A DNA stretch of 64,000 nt from Takakia lepidozioides (GCA_030704615.1 CM060732.1:50840001-50904000), one strand, 5' to 3'. Shown: positions 49,131-63,981, counted from the stretch's first letter. Numbers and translations are program-made. The notes: generated from the letters alone by a model not told the origin.

Positions 49131-50928
49131 GTATCAGTCTCTAAGGTTTGTAGGAAGACTATTGGTTTCCTGACTGCCGCCATGTACTTTCGTTGCCTCC
49201 CCTGCCCAGATATACAGCACTTGGTTGGCAGGAAGGAACATTTTAACAGTCAATTCATCTGGGTGATTGATATGCTCTGGCCCATGTTTAAAGACAAGTA
49301 GAACCTGGTCATCCACCTGAAGATAAGGTTAGGTGTCAGCAGTTCTGCTTTTGAAGTAGTTACAATATGAAGGTGGGCGTGTGACTGTTCTGCCACGCAA
49401 GTTAGTGGATGTATTCTGGTCTTTAACAGCCTGATCGTTCCGGGTCTTTTTGGCTGTCTTTGTATTCATTTGGCACCCCTTCAAAGCTTAGTCTGATAGA
49501 ATAATGCTGGGAATATGGGATTGGAAATGAGCCATAGGGGACTAAGGTGAAGGTTTCAAGGGCATTTTTCTCTTCAGAGTGTCCAGTCACAAGAAAAATT
49601 AGTGCCCTAGTGGAAATTGGGACAGGATGCCCTTGCTACATCTGGCTGTTGGCTTTAGCAGTTGGTATCGTATTCCCGTCAGGAAAAGATGAGGGCTACA
49701 CCTGTGCTAGTAGGGAGTGTCACACAATGGCATGCCATCCACAATTCTTACTGAAGGCATGGATTTATGTGGTGGAAACTAAATTGTTTGCCAACTTGTT
49801 TTGTATCAATCTGGGCCTCTCTGATGCTGTGTAATTTGGTTGATCTGGAGGTTGCCATGAGGGTTGTAAAGCTTAACCACCCATGGAACCGTATGAAGAA
49901 TTTAAGGATTGGTAGTAGAAGTCCATACAATGTGGTGGATTCAAGCAACTAGGTGCTTCTCTCCCAGCTTACAATGCACTGAAATGGAGAGTGATAGTCC
50001 TCTGGCGAAACATCAGAACTGGGTTCATAGTACGAAGGTGAAATGCAATGGCCTCATACCACAACTATATCCAAAGCCAGTAGTATTAAAATCATATTCC
50101 TCAACACATCCCACAATTTCTTTCTGGTGTCATTGACAATTGCTGGGACCATTGAATTTTTTGCCATTGATTGAAGGGCGAAATCCTGTTCATCCAAACA
50201 TGCTCGATTCTCTAGTGCGCACAATAATCTGCGATACCTCGAGCCTTTGTCACTGAGTTATCACTGTAATTGTCTGCACCAGTTATTGGGGGGAGGGTTC
50301 CAACAACCCAAGACCTACATAAGGAGAGCTGGCAGTGTTTACTCTTTGATACCATATTTTGCATAGCCTGGTGGGCAGGAATACTCGAGACAGCCGAATT
50401 CATGCCTGGATGGAGCCCTGTAGAGAGCATGCCCGGGAGAGAGCTCTGTAGAGAGCATGCTTGGGATAGCGCTCTGTATAACTTGGAGAGTCCTGGGAGA
50501 GAGATGGGCAACTCTGCAGTGAAGCATGTTCAGAGTGATGCCTGCAAATGTGCTCTGGAAAGCAGTTTTGACGTTTGTAAAGGACGAAAGTGCATTAGGC
50601 TAACGTGCACTCTTAGCCTTTTCTCGTTACATAACGGATAATCAGGTGTTACATTAGCATTTCTCCGTTATGAGTAAGGCTGTGGTTCGTTGGGCAGCTG
50701 ATGAGAAACAGAGCCATGGCTCTGCAAGCGGGGCGATGTTGTGGAGTCGACGAGGTGTGAGCTTGCAGGCTAGGCTTCAGGGACCGATCCTGCAATTAGG
50801 CTATGTCTGCGTCCACTTTCTTCTTCTCCTTCCTCGTGATCTCAGGAGGGGGACACACCTTGATGACATAAACCCAGCCTTCCAAGGGTTGGAGAGTGTT
50901 GCTTTAGGTTTGCGGCCAAGGGGAAGCG

Positions 50929-52410
50929 ATGGAGAAGATTCTGTCTGGAGACTGTGGGGGCGGAGATTATTAGCATAATTAGCCCTGTGTCTATTTGCAT
51001 GCTGCTAGTGGTGCTCTTAGTGCGCAGCTTGCCCCCCCATGGATCCGCAGCCCCTGTAGCGAGCATTGCCATGCTGGTATATGACGAGCAGCCCACAGAC
51101 TCCTTCTCTTAAAAGCTTGGGGGGGCCTTCTTGAATGCATTGGTTTTTGTTGCGATTGTTACAGTGGTCACATTCTTGCTAGTACTGCTTTTCTACTTTC
51201 GATGTACCAAATGCTTAAAAGGCTACATGGGGTTCTCAGCTTTCACTATACTGGCCTACATGGGGTGCGGTGTGGTAGTCCTCTTGATACAACGGTGGTC
51301 CATTCCCATCGACGTCATCACTTTCTCAATCTGTCTATTCAATTTTTCAATTGTCGGGGTTCTGGCAGTTTTCTTTAGTCGGATGCCAATTGTCTTGACC
51401 CAAGGTTACTTGGTGTTTATCGGCAGGCTGGTGGCCTTCTGGTTTACCATGCTTCCTGAATGGACAACCTGGGTCCTGTTAATGGCCATGGCAATCTATG
51501 ATATTGTTGCAGTTCTAGTGCCGGGAGGTCCCCTCAATATGCTTGTGGAGCTGGCCATCTCAAGAGACGAAGAACTGCCCGCACTAATATACGAGGCTCG
51601 CCCCATCATGACAAACGAGATTCCCGCTCCTCCACGCCTCTCTTCAACCTCCACCGCTCCGCCCCTAGTGAGAACTCAACCAAGGCGATGGAATAGGCGA
51701 CGGGCGTCTAGATCTGTGGCCACTCAGAACAGACCAGGGCTTTCATCTCAAGTCATAGCCACAGAGCTGGGAAGGGCAGAGCAGGGAACACAGAATGGCA
51801 GCCCTGATAGGGTACTCTCACGTGGGGAAGGTTAAACGATTCTTCTCAGTGGTGCCGGCAAGCCTCACACATGCAGGCACTCTTGGGTCCAGATTGGACT
51901 CGGTAAGCGGAGATGTAGGTAGTCCGAATACCAATGTCAATGACTTGCAAAATCCTGAGAATTCTCTCTCAGTAACAGCTTCGAGCCCATTGGAATTTGA
52001 CGCAGATGATGACACTGCCCCATTGGTAAGGGGTCTGATTCCGACACTGTTCCCAATGGAAGCAGCGATGGAGAGAATGGAAGCAGGGGGCCCAGTGACC
52101 ACTTTGGATGAACCAGATGACGATGATGACGGACTGGGATGCTGGTGCTATCAAGTTGGGACTAGGATACTTCATCTTCTACAGCGTGCTGGTAGGAAGG
52201 GCAGCTATGTTTTATTTGATGACGGTGTATGCCTGCTATCTTGCATCATCGGCTGTGCTTGGTGCTACCTTGATTCTATTGGCATTCTGGCGTCGAGCTC
52301 TCCCTGCCCTCCCCATCTCAATTTCTTTGGGTGTAGTTTTCTACTTATTGACACGCCTCATTCTGGACCCCTTTGTGGTGGACTTGGCAACACATCTTGT
52401 GTTCGTCTGA
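50929..52410 (+). pseudogene. Presenilin pseudogene
   Basis: IISPVSICMLLVV; LPEWTTW..AIYDIVAVL.PGGPL; IKLGLGYFIFYSVLVGRAA; ALPALPISI. Frameshift near the start, TAA at 51110, frameshift ~52140, catalytic GLGD changed to GLGY. Confidence 0.9.
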
Positions 52411-53249
52411 TAAAGAGTTTAGGTCAGCTTAAACCACTTGAAATCATATCTCTCTATTTTCCTCAGCCTTTGCTTCTCTATTTCTGACTCCTAGCTTTGC
52501 CTGTCCCTCACACTCCCTTGTGTTTGGAGCTGTAATTTGAGAGAGCTCATCAGATCTCAAGTGAAGGTAAGAGCAGAGCTCCTAAGCTCTGTGCCATGAA
52601 GGCTTAGGCCCTAATGTACGAGCCCGGCTTTGGTGGACCCACTCCAAAATGGAACATACAACATACTCTCATGGATGAGGGTATATTTCTCATTTGACTA
52701 TCATCTACTAACCATATGAAAGACACCCTACCTATCATACATATGCGGTAAAAGTTTCAGGTCATTTGACCATGTCATTAGAAAGATTATAACAAAATTC
52801 CAAGCCCAAAATTTGTAGTTTACTCCAGTTTGAGATTGAAAAAATGCTTCGACCAAGCATTTGACCTCCAAATGATTTGCATTGATATAGGCCACCCTGA
52901 TATAGGCCACCCTGATTCCGATTATGAGGCACCTAAAGCAGGTTGGCCCAAAATTTCAGAGCCCAAATCCAAAATCTCAGAAGGGTTGCTTTGTATTGGA
53001 AAATAGGGTAAAAAAAACCATGAAGTACAATTGACATCCAAATCAGCCTTAGGGTATCGAAATTTTCATTGGAACCAAATTTCTTTGGTCATATTGTTCC
53101 TTCTTGCCTGATCATTTACTCACTAGCTTGACAAAACCATGCATGATTCTAACCTATGCACATGTAGATTTCCATTTTTGTGAATTCCTACTTCAATTCC
53201 AACTCATGCCAACTAATGCATGAGCCAACAGACAGTTCCAAAAAAAATT

Positions 53250-55490
53250 TACAACATCATCGGTTGTGGACAAATGACAGGGGCAAACAAACCGTACACA
53301 CCCACGTCACCCACAACCCGACGATCATCATGGAAACACATAGACGACCCCTTTACGCATCAATACCCACCACAGAACAGAGATAACCACACCCCATGCC
53401 ACACATACCCATGCCTCCACACCTCACACACCTACCAACACAGGCCAACACCCCGGTGAACACTGATACACACAAGCAATACACACACGCAAAAGATGAC
53501 AGTAGCAAACTGAGTTCAATCACCTCGATCCATCGCGGTGTGCCTTACTCCAGCACGCCCAAAGGCACAAGTGGTTGTCATCACATCCAGAGCAGTAATA
53601 ATGATCGTGGACATGGCATACAACACACAACCGCCTCGATGGTCGATGAAATCACTAATGCACAAACATGCAAAAAGCATCACCGGCGGTTTCCATGTTA
53701 TCAGTGCAGGTTCCTATTGTACTCAATGCATCTGCCAATGCTACATTGAACTCTAAATGGCTCAGGGCCTTCCACCCCATCTTGGTGACATGGTCGAATA
53801 CAAGATGTATGCATTCTCCATCGTTGTGTCCACAAGAAGAAAAAATAACTGATGCCACCATTTGTTTGTGCGCAGCTGCAAGCTGTACGCACCCCGAAGC
53901 TAGTCTTGTGCATCTACCCCGCGCATGTACGTTTGATATTGCACATGTGCAAGCATAGATGGCACGGAGACTCTTTGATGTCCCCCAAAATGTCTCACAG
54001 TCACAGGAGATGAAGGGTTGTAAGCTGGCCTAGCTATAGATGACAATAAAAAGACTATCTTCTTGTCCCACCACAACATTGTAGTTACCCATTTCTGTTC
54101 AGTCTAACTGTGTCAGTGGCCCAAGTGCCAAGTTTGGCCAAGTCATATAGAAGTTGGACGGAGGTAAAGTAATTGTTAGTGACAATGATATGGCCCAAAC
54201 CATGGAGTCCGTGGCAAACCTAGTAACAACATTATAACCCTCTCCCTTACCACTTTTCTACCTCTGGTCCTCAGGCCCCCCTTCATTTTTGCCACAGTAA
54301 ACCAAAAAATCATAAACATAGGAAGTCTCGAAATCAGCTAACGGCCACACCTTTATGCCCCACTACATGGTTTCTTAGGCATGTACATCATAATTGCTAA
54401 GTATTTCCCCTTATAACGGATTATCCCCTCGTCAATCGTTAGCATTTTATGAAGATTCCAGAGACTCTTATACCTACCAACAATTTCATCCCAAGCCTAT
54501 CTAAGCTTCTCAAGCTTATCGCCACTGCTACAATCTACCACCAAAGTGACATTGTCCACAAGATGCAAACAACGGAGTATGGCCTCATACTTATCTCGGG
54601 TCATACCTTCGGGGATGACAAGACAAGATAAACACACTTCAGAGTGTTGCTATGCCAATAACATTGAGTTTGGGCCAACTTCTTGATGCCCATAAACACA
54701 CAATAACACTTCAACCCTAGAGCTCAGGTACTGTCAACTCCTTCCACCGAGGCCCCCCACGAGTGCCTCTCCCCAATGCTTCAAAGGCATACCAGTTGGA
54801 CTCCCTACATATCTGCTGCAGTACAGTTTGCCTCCAAAACAAATGAAAGAACCAAATTGGGGTGGAGTCTTTTATGTCCGGGAGGTTATAGGGACCAGGT
54901 TCAGGCCGAGTGAAAGCATCTCTATCACAAATAAATTCAGTGTCAAACTTTGTCTCCCAGGTCATAGGCTCCATGTTTGGTTCTTCATCACACTACATCT
55001 TAAGAACGTCAGTTTCCCAATCAGTCTTGCCAGCAGAGTCCCCAACGTACCCATCACCATCCTCAAAGCTCGTCAAAATTGGACTCGGCCTCATCGTCAT
55101 GGCCTAATACAAGCAGAACATGAACCAACAAGTTTGACCAATGCACCCGTGTTGGGTTGCAACTTTCCCAAAGTAAACTGACTTAATTCAGCAATGGGAA
55201 TCATCTTCCCAAAACTCGAAAACCATAACACCCCACATTCAAGGAATGACCACCACATCCTCTCCCAATTGGGACATTCTGTCCATCATTACTTCTTCTC
55301 CTCACCACGCCCTTAGGAGGTGAAGTGACACTTGCAGGAACTGTTCTCTTTGCACGAGCCAATTGTTTAATACACCTAACTGTCGGCATCTGGCCAAACA
55401 TAATCTCTAAAAACAAAACAGCATCACTGATACCCTTTTTATCTCCTCCTCTCTTCTTTCTTTGCAACCAAGAACCAGAACAACTTGACA
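53250..55490 (-). mobile_element. Decayed piggyBac-like (PGBD) transposase
   Basis: TPIWFFHLFW..ICRESNWYA..WKELTVPEL; minus strand LTIDEGIIRYKG..YMPKKP..GIKVWPLADFETSYVYDFLVYCGK; many stops. Confidence 0.8.
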
Positions 55491-56024
55491 TCTATACATA
55501 AATCAAAAGTTGTGAGGACAAGGGCGGCAAGGCCGCCATTAATTCACAAGCAGCGGTGGAGGCAAACTACATAGGAAGTCAGGACAGTGGCAGCCAAAGA
55601 TTACCAGCTTGCACTGCTCGGGAGTATAGTGCTACTCCCCAAGTGCCCATTCTCTTATTATAACCTTTTCTACAGTTATATGCTCAGGTGGAGGTGGCTC
55701 AGCTGCAGCAGTCGACTGACGCTTAGGTGCCATGGATACCCTACCAAGGGAAGGTGTCCACCTTCTTCCTGCTGGAAGGTAGTGGCCCTTAGGGTCAAGA
55801 GACACCATAAGTTACGCTTCCTTCGGGAGGCATCATATATATATATATATATCGGGCCCAAGCAACGACGCAATGGGTGGAGCGCGCGAGCGTACGCTCA
55901 CGCAGGAGTGACGTGGCGTGAGCGTCATGTCAGCAGGCTGATGTGGCGGCAAATGATGATGTGGCACTGCGCCGTTATCTGCTACGTCAGCACTAACCTG
56001 CGTCGCCTATAACCGAGGATGGTC

Positions 56025-59000
56025 CTATGACCGTGGGATTAATGCAGGGAATCCTTGACTGAATACATCAACTACCATGAGGCCTACAATTGTAGCATCC
56101 AACATTGTGCAATTACAAATGTTTCTTTCACTTTTACAATTACGAGGACGAGAAGCATTTGACATGAAGTGAGAGGCGGTCTCCACTGCTTTCTGTTTCA
56201 AAACTTTTTCTACCTTTCCTTGGATGCTATTGCCCCCAGACATTTTGAGTACAAACATGTGGTTTCCAAGCAAGAGGTCGATGCCATCATTCTCAGGGTG
56301 CTTTAAACAAATTTTCATCAATCCTGACCATACCGTGGGATCTTTCCTGTGTCCAAATACTGAGATGGGGGGGAGCACTTCAGCGCCAAGAGGGATATTC
56401 ATGTGTGCAAGGCGAGCCTGCGTCAGTTTCGTAATTTTTGAGCATTTCATTGTAGCTCCTTGTCTCTCGAAACGGACCAGGATATGGTATCCCACCGATA
56501 GCCCTGTGGGGGTGTTTCTCGGTTCCTTCGGTATCTGCGTTAGATGTAGGAATTGACCTGCTTTGTTGTCTAGGCGCTGGGTAGGATATAATATCTGAGG
56601 AATCCGTGGAAACGCCTTGGGGCATTCAAAGTAGTTCTGCACACTCCTCGGGCGATAGTCCAAGTTGAAGCAATTGTGTAGGTGATCTGTATTCTTGTAT
56701 GATTTGAGCATCGTAGACCTTAGCGATGCTCTCCATCATGGTGAATCCAAGCCATAGTTGGAACGTGAATTCGATTTGGTTGTGTTGAGGTTCCTCAGAG
56801 CTGCGACCTCGTTTGCTGTTAGATGGTTGTTCCGGGTGAGAGCTGTCTGCAGTGCTGGCTGTGCGCTTGGCCGACAGAGATTATGCTGTATCCTTGGGGA
56901 GCGAGTCACCGAGTAGGAGTGCATCCATGTTGTTCTTGAACATCGAGGAGTGCGATTGCGACATTGTCTGATCGTTTACAAAGCTCGGCGTTGGAGTGAC
57001 TCTTTCAAGCGTGATTTTCGAGTTGTTGGTGTTGAGTGGCATGTAGTTATTTTTGGAGTTGCAATATAGAGGGGGCGACTGATTGTAAATTATCCATGAA
57101 ATAAGTTGCCTTTGGTGACGTGTAGGGCATGTGTGATTTTGTTGGCTGAGCTGCAGCTCTTGTATCGAATGCTGGGACAATGACTTTGGCGACGACTAGT
57201 TTTAATGGAGTATCAATTAATGTGCATTGATGTTTATGATAAGACGGAGAAGGTGGATGGATATGGCGCTTGTAGATATTTTTTTGGGAGAGGGTTGCCG
57301 TCATTTTAGTCTTTAGGGTACTTAATGTTTGGGTTAGATTTTTGTGCCATTGGGCAAAAAAGTGGCAGTAGGTGAGGCTGTGCATGTAACGTGAGGTATA
57401 CAGTGAGGTATATAGGAGTAGGATTGGTGATTTAGGTGTGTAGTTAGTTCCAATGCTAGTAGCAATGAGCAGCTAGTAGCATTGATATTTGTTGCAGAGA
57501 TGGCGCTCATACAAGTGTGGCATGTAGCTGAAACAGCTATACACTGTCCGTTATATTCAGTTGGTTGTATATTCCACGGTGAGAATTTGAGTGGGCACAC
57601 AATGTACCTATGTTGCTCATTAGGCCATTGTTTAAGGACATGTGTTATTGAATTATTCCTAATGTGATCGACAGGGAGTAGCAATATTATGTTGGTTTGA
57701 CTTGTGGCATGGTCATGGTGTAAAAGAGATCGATTTAGCTGTGAAGGGATTGGGGGAGCTGGCTGGTGGGTTGTCATCCAAGGGAGGTAGTGAGGGTTTT
57801 TGATATACTGATTTAGGTTCCTGAGCATGTTAGTGGTATATTACTGGTTGAAATTTAAATGAAGGAGTTGGGTATGGGCTGGTATTTCAGTGTTGTGTGT
57901 AGGCTGTACATTTGTTACAAAGCTTGGGAGTTTCGATGAGTTTGTGGCCACGTTGTGGCTCTGGAGTGAGTGAAAAATTTGACTATATGTTTTAAGGAGG
58001 TGGTGGATGCTTCTTGGCAGTAATGGATTATGTGAGGGTTTTAGAGATGGAATATAGATTTGGTTTGCTTGAGAAAAATTGGCAAGGTTAAATCATGGGG
58101 GTGTTGTAAGAGTGTGGCCACTCTGTGGCTCTTGTAAGGGGCGCTTTTGTGAGTGCGTCAGTTGTGTTTTCAGCAAATGGGGGTGGGGTAATTTGGATTA
58201 TGGCCATCTTGTGGCTTTTGAAGGGGATATATATATGCGTAAGAGGTGCCATTGTTGGATAGTATCGTGTTTGCTTATATCGATTGGGGTTAGTAGAACT
58301 TGGATTGATTGCCAGAAATCAAAAGCAGGCTGACTACACGAGCAATATGCAGCAATAGAATTATAGAGAAGGGGGGACAACATTAAGATGTAGCGAATAA
58401 TGCAAGGGGGTTTGGTGGGTAGTGGGAGTACCTCTGGGAAATGATCAGAGGAAGGCAGCACTTTGGTGTTGCCAAACCAGGCAGGAAGGAGGTGCACCTC
58501 CGAAGTTACTCCACACCAACCTCCCGCAGGGCATTCCAGACTCAAGGGCAGCTGAAAGTCACCGCCAAGTCCAACAAAGAGTCTTCGTCACAGAGATTGT
58601 CCACCATCCCCAACCTGGAGGGTTGCAAAATGGCCAATTTGGAAGCAAGCGACATCCACCAAGGTCCCAACAGCCAAGTGTAAAGTACAGTAGATGACTG
58701 GAGGCAGGATCCGGTCCAATCATGAGTTGGGCAGTCAATGAGCCATCAAAAGATCCCACCTGTAGTTCAGAGTTGTAGGATTATATTGCCTCCTGGCGTT
58801 GTCGTCGTAATTCGGCAGATAGGGACCATGTGTGATTATCTCCAGCAAAGAGTTTCGGGGATCTCCATTCCTGTAGGTATGTAACCTTGATGAGCTTGTG
58901 TGTTTCGCCAGTGTAGGCAGATGCAGCAAGCATGTGCCAGACTCTGGGTTCTTTAATCCAAAAATCCACGAATGTGGTGTGTGTACCCCCATTCACGAAC

Positions 59001-60120
59001 CAGGATAGCGCCAGTAGCCATGCCATCCAGCCAAGTACCTGCCTGAAGTCTGTAAACTATCTCATCTTCAAATTTGACAGCCGGGAGTATGACCAGGTCC
59101 CCTTCCAATGCTTTGGCTTGTGAAGTAGATAGTCCTGAGAAGATATGTTTGTATTCCAGTGTGGATGGTCGTGCCTGTCCAAAACGTAGGAATCGCAACA
59201 AAAAGGTGCCCTGGCCATGTATAAAGACATCAATCCATAATTTGTTGATCCTGATATGTGGACCAGTGTGGGTAAGAGCACCGTCCTGTTCCCCAAAGCA
59301 GAGTTCTTGCAATAATCCAAGTTGTTGCCAATAGAGGGAATCACCTCTGAGCAGTGCACACTTGTTTTCTGCTAGTGGCAGCTGTATATGAAGACATTTG
59401 TCAACAATCTTTGTAACAGTAGCTAGCGGTGAAGTTACTGTTGGAACACTCGTTCGCACAGTTTGAGCATTAGATGTTAATATGCTAAATAGGGCGTCAA
59501 TCGAGGCATCCACGACAACCTCAAAACGATCATACCACAAACTGTCTAACGTTGTAAGCTCCACATCACAGCCAAGTGTAGGCTGCGTGGGCTGAATTAT
59601 GCTCGCTTGGCCAGATTGAGCACTTCCGTGAAACTCTTCTTGAGGTTGAGACTGTTCGCCCAGGAGGTAATCTTCAAGTTGAAAATAGTGCGTAGTGTCG
59701 TATAATCCGTACTTTTCTGGAAGACCGCTAGGAATAGTACCTGATGATTCTGGGTTTCGAGAAGGGGAGGGCGATCTCCAACCTGGCTCAGACTCTGGGG
59801 CGTTTTCTGCACAAAATTCTTGGAATGCTTCTTCTTCCTCTGTTAGATAGCCCGTAGGATATTCTGCATTTCTGCTTGTTTCTGCCTCACACAAAAGGTA
59901 GTCATTGTTTGGTCGATTGTTTTCTGAATGTGCCTTGATTTGTTGGGGAATCGTTATAAGCACCTGCCGCTCGTCACAAGGCTGCACGACAAGCCGTGGA
60001 AGTTGGGGCTCCGCCCTGATGTATGCGTCAGATGTGTTGAAGTGGGGATGCTGCGAGTTGTCAATGGCAGTTGTGGAATCGTTGTCAAAATCGATGGAGA
60101 TTCTAAGCGCCATGGTGTAC
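56025..60120 (-). mobile_element. Unclassified repetitive-element remnant with long ORFs (56025-56711, 58953-60113); possibly an ORF1-like region of a non-LTR element
   Basis: Intronless, frameshifted ORFs with strong strand composition bias; no RT or transposase motif recognised. Confidence 0.35.
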
Positions 60121-60858
60121 TTGCTGAAGAGAACTATGTGGGCTAGTGATAAGCAAGGCGTTCCTATCAGTGCTGGGGATTAGAGAGATGATATTCAAAC
60201 AGGAGAGCACTTCGAGAAAGGCAGCTCGAGCTGCCATAGCTAAGTAAAAATTTAATAGCGGTGGCTTAGTATAGCAGAAATGCTAAAAATGATCATCAGA
60301 ATACTCATGGAAGCCAAATTTAAAGTGGAAACCTGAAAAATGGAAGTTAGCTTAGAGAAAACATATTGGAATGCGGCTAAGTCATTTCGATTGCAGATGC
60401 AGGTGCCATGTAAGGCCGGCTTTTCTTTTGGGCTTGGTCCCTAGTATAAAAGCCCTTGGGACCAATTTTCGGCCCTCGATGCTCAATTTCCGCTTGGTCT
60501 TGGTCCCTAGTGTAAAGTGGCCCTCACTCTACAAGAGAGCCACCAAACGAACTACCTTGCTTCATATATTGATCAGTTCCTAATAGAGGCGGATATTACA
60601 TTTATATATGCGTCCGGATTAGGACCTTCGGAGGTTGAGTCAAACATCCGCGCAACACTGAGATAAATCCTACGGGGGGTTTGGTGCTTGTGGTGTGCTT
60701 GCAAGCATACACACTACCAGTATTGTACAGCAAGGATGACGTGGTAGTTCTGGAACGTTGTCACCTGCATTTGAAGGGAGTAGCAGAGCGCTTTTTTTTC
60801 TTAAAGGATTTGAAGAGAGAAGGAGGGTGTGAAAGGTTTGAGGAGGAGACAGACATCG

Positions 60859-63800
60859 ATGGGAGGAGCATGGAAAGGTAGCGCAGCTTCAAGACTTCGA
60901 TACATGGCAAGTCTTATGCCACAGGTAGGTGTTCCGTCAATTCCTCGCTTGGAAGGGGGGATGGTGTTAGATTTTGCACGTAACGACATTTCCTTCTAAA
61001 CAAGTGTCGAATTACCACTCTATTTGTTGCATATTTTCGAAAACCCTTGCATCCCTGATCTCCTTCTCCTTGCAATGCTAGGATGGAACCCTTTTTAGTT
61101 TCTCAATTTCAAAGACATCGTGCTGTTTGGGGATGCATGCTTCAGTTGTCCTTTCCATCAGTGAACAAATTGCGAATGCTGGCATGTGGAAACCCTTTGA
61201 GCATCGTGCACATAGGAGGTGGGTTCTGCATTTCTGTGGGCCTCTCTCAAAAACAATGAAGGAACTAAGAAAGAGGTTTATTGATTCAAAGAGTCATGTG
61301 GTGTGGTTGGTAGGTTCGATGGCATTGGAATGGTAGAAGAGCTTTTGCCAGCAGTCCGTCAGGAGGCAGCTCCTTGGGCGGGCCTGCGAGAGGGCCATCT
61401 ATGAGTAGACCCGTTGTAGAAGGCGTGCAGAATATTGTCGCTGTAGCTTCAGGCAAAGGTGGAGTTGGCAAGTCCACTACTGCAGGTGTGTACTCTCTTT
61501 AAGTGTGCGTCTGTGCGTACACATTGAGCTTTCAACATCACAAGAGGCTCTTCCTTCTTAAGTCAGCCATTCCCCCAGTTACAAACAGAGAAACTAACTT
61601 TGTGGACTCCCGCTATTTGATTTTTCTGCAGTGAACTTGGCAGTAGCACTGGCTATGGAATGCAGGCTGCGGGTAGGGCTGCTTGATGCAGATGTGTATG
61701 GGCCTTCCATTCCTACTCTGATGAAGCTTCACGGTCGCCCTCAGCTGGATTCAGGTCCCAAGTTTCCATGATTCCTCTCTTTGCCCTGGGGTGCGTTCTG
61801 GGTCTTTACTAGTCAGTAATGCTCATGGAGGTTTACTTTATACGCCTTAGTTGCCTTTACTTTTTGCCTTATGAGCAAGGAGATGGCATTGGTAAGCGGG
61901 GTTTTAAGGGATGAGGGGGAAAGGAGTTGAGAGAAAAACGGAGAGAGTGGAGGAAAGGGAGGGTCTGGTAGGGGTGCATGTGAAGTCAGGTTGACTTGAG
62001 AAGAGAAATGAAATGAAATGAAATGGTGCTTTCTAACGTCCGCGGAAAGTGCATAGAGCTTATGGGACAAAATGGAAGAAAACATGAGAGAGGAAACAAA
62101 ACCAAAGCCAAGACTAAGAACTATTGCTCGAGTGATTGTCTAAGGGTGAAGGCCTCGTGCAGGTAAGCTGCCAAGCACTGCTGATCCTCATAGTGGAAGA
62201 CTTCAGTGAGAGAGTGGGTTCCACGGAATAAACAGTGGAATCTCCCACGGATCTCGTAGTATAGAGGGCAATAGAAGAAGAAGTGTTCTTCAGAGAGAAA
62301 GTTTTACTGGATGGTTCTGTTTGTGCAGATTCCAAAATGATACCCTTGGAGAACTATGGAGTACACTGCATGTCAATGGGCTTTCTAATGGAGAAGGATG
62401 CCCCTGCTGTCTGGAGAGGGCCCATGGTATATGTTGCTCTTCACTTTCTCTCAAATTGCTTACCAGCTTATCTGCATGAGGCACTGCAACTTGGAATTTG
62501 ATGTTCTCTCTGTTTTATATCGTGTCACATCAGCCCTGGGCCTCTTATGGATGTAAGACATGTCTTCTTCCTTTTCTCTCCCTGGGTTGGCCTCTCAAAA
62601 GACTAACAATTGAAATGTCTGTAAAGTTTGTTGCTCTTTGCTCTTGGTCCATGGTTGTACAGCTTTAAGAGGCCTACCAAGTGAAACTAGGGGCCTGGGG
62701 AAAGAAGTGCGAGCATGTATGGAGAGAGGGAGAGGGAGGGAGAGGTCTCACAAGCGATAGTTTTTGTCCCAGTGTTCCCAGTGGCACTTATGAATGTCAG
62801 GTGATGAGTGCATTGGATAAGCTGGTGCGAGGTGTGGCCTGGGGCAAGTTGGATGTTATGGTGGTGGACATGCCCCCGGGCACTGGTGATGCTCAAATTT
62901 CTATCTCCCAACGTCTCCCTCTTGCTGGTAAGACCACCTCAGCAGTCTCAACAGGATTGTTAGTGCATGGCTGCACGCTTCAAATTTCTGGGCTAGAAAG
63001 AGTCAATCTCCTGGAGCTTCCAGAGGCTCAAGGGTTAGAATGCTGTTGTCAGTGTACTCAATCACTTTGAAATGCTTTATCGATGTTGGAAATCAGAGTT
63101 GCTTTTGCTTCCAAGGACAAGAAAATGTGAAGGAACCTTTTCTCTGTGATCTGCCTGCGTAGTGTGCATCTGACTGCCACCTAGAACTCCCTACAACTGG
63201 TCTTTGGTGAGGATGTGAAGGGAGGTATGGAGACAGATTTGGGTGGGGGCAGTTTTGATGGTGCCTTGATCAGGTTGTATGACGTTGTGAAATAAACATG
63301 GAGTTTCCTTCTCCATACCTCTCTCTCCGTGGTTTTTATAACTGGTATTTAAGATATGTCTTGGCTGTTTCTTTCCATGGGGCCACACAAACTCAGTATG
63401 TCTGCAACCCTGGTTGTACCATCCATTGGGAATCCCCACCTCCTACTGGAGGTTGTAGCCCTCATTGGAAATGGGAGCCCTAGGTGTTGACAGCCTCAAC
63501 TTGTAGTAATCTTCGAAATTTTTCCTTGGACTCTATACTTTGAGCACCTCCGCTGTTATTAGTTATGCCTAGAAGTAGGGCATGTTGCTCCAGGGATGTT
63601 CCAGAGGTAGTTTGGATATATTGTGATCTGATCGTCCACAGGTTGTATGTTGGTTTCCACAAGTGGAAGAGTGAATGGGATGTATCTAGGCTTTCACTCT
63701 GCCTTAGCATTTTCTCTCTTGTATTGTAGGGGCCTGTGCAAGTCACTTACTTACTAGTTTACTGCCTTGAAAGTTGTGGATGCCAGCAAAGTTTCAGACC

Positions 63801-63981
63801 GTGCTAAGCATTTAAAGCATGGATTCTGGGACTTGAATACTTGAACTTCTCAGTCGTCCAACGTTCTATCTGGTTTGTCCGGGAGATGGTGGCAGGAGCA
63901 GTGATAGTTTCAACACCCCAAGACATTGCTCTGATTGATGCACGTAGGGGTGCCAATATGTTCCGAAAAGTGGATGTCCCT
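60859..63981 (+). CDS. NUBPL: Mitochondrial Fe-S assembly P-loop NTPase INDL/Ind1/NUBPL (Mrp/NBP35 family); continues past the window end
   Basis: [17 protein letters not shown]|[21 protein letters not shown]|..MSMGFL..VWRGPM|[16 protein letters not shown]|[23 protein letters not shown]; GT-AG introns. Confidence 0.93.

Noticed and set aside
48074-63981. NDUFA13 and INDL as a complex I gene cluster
   Set aside because: They are 12 kb apart with unrelated sequence between; no evidence beyond coincidence.
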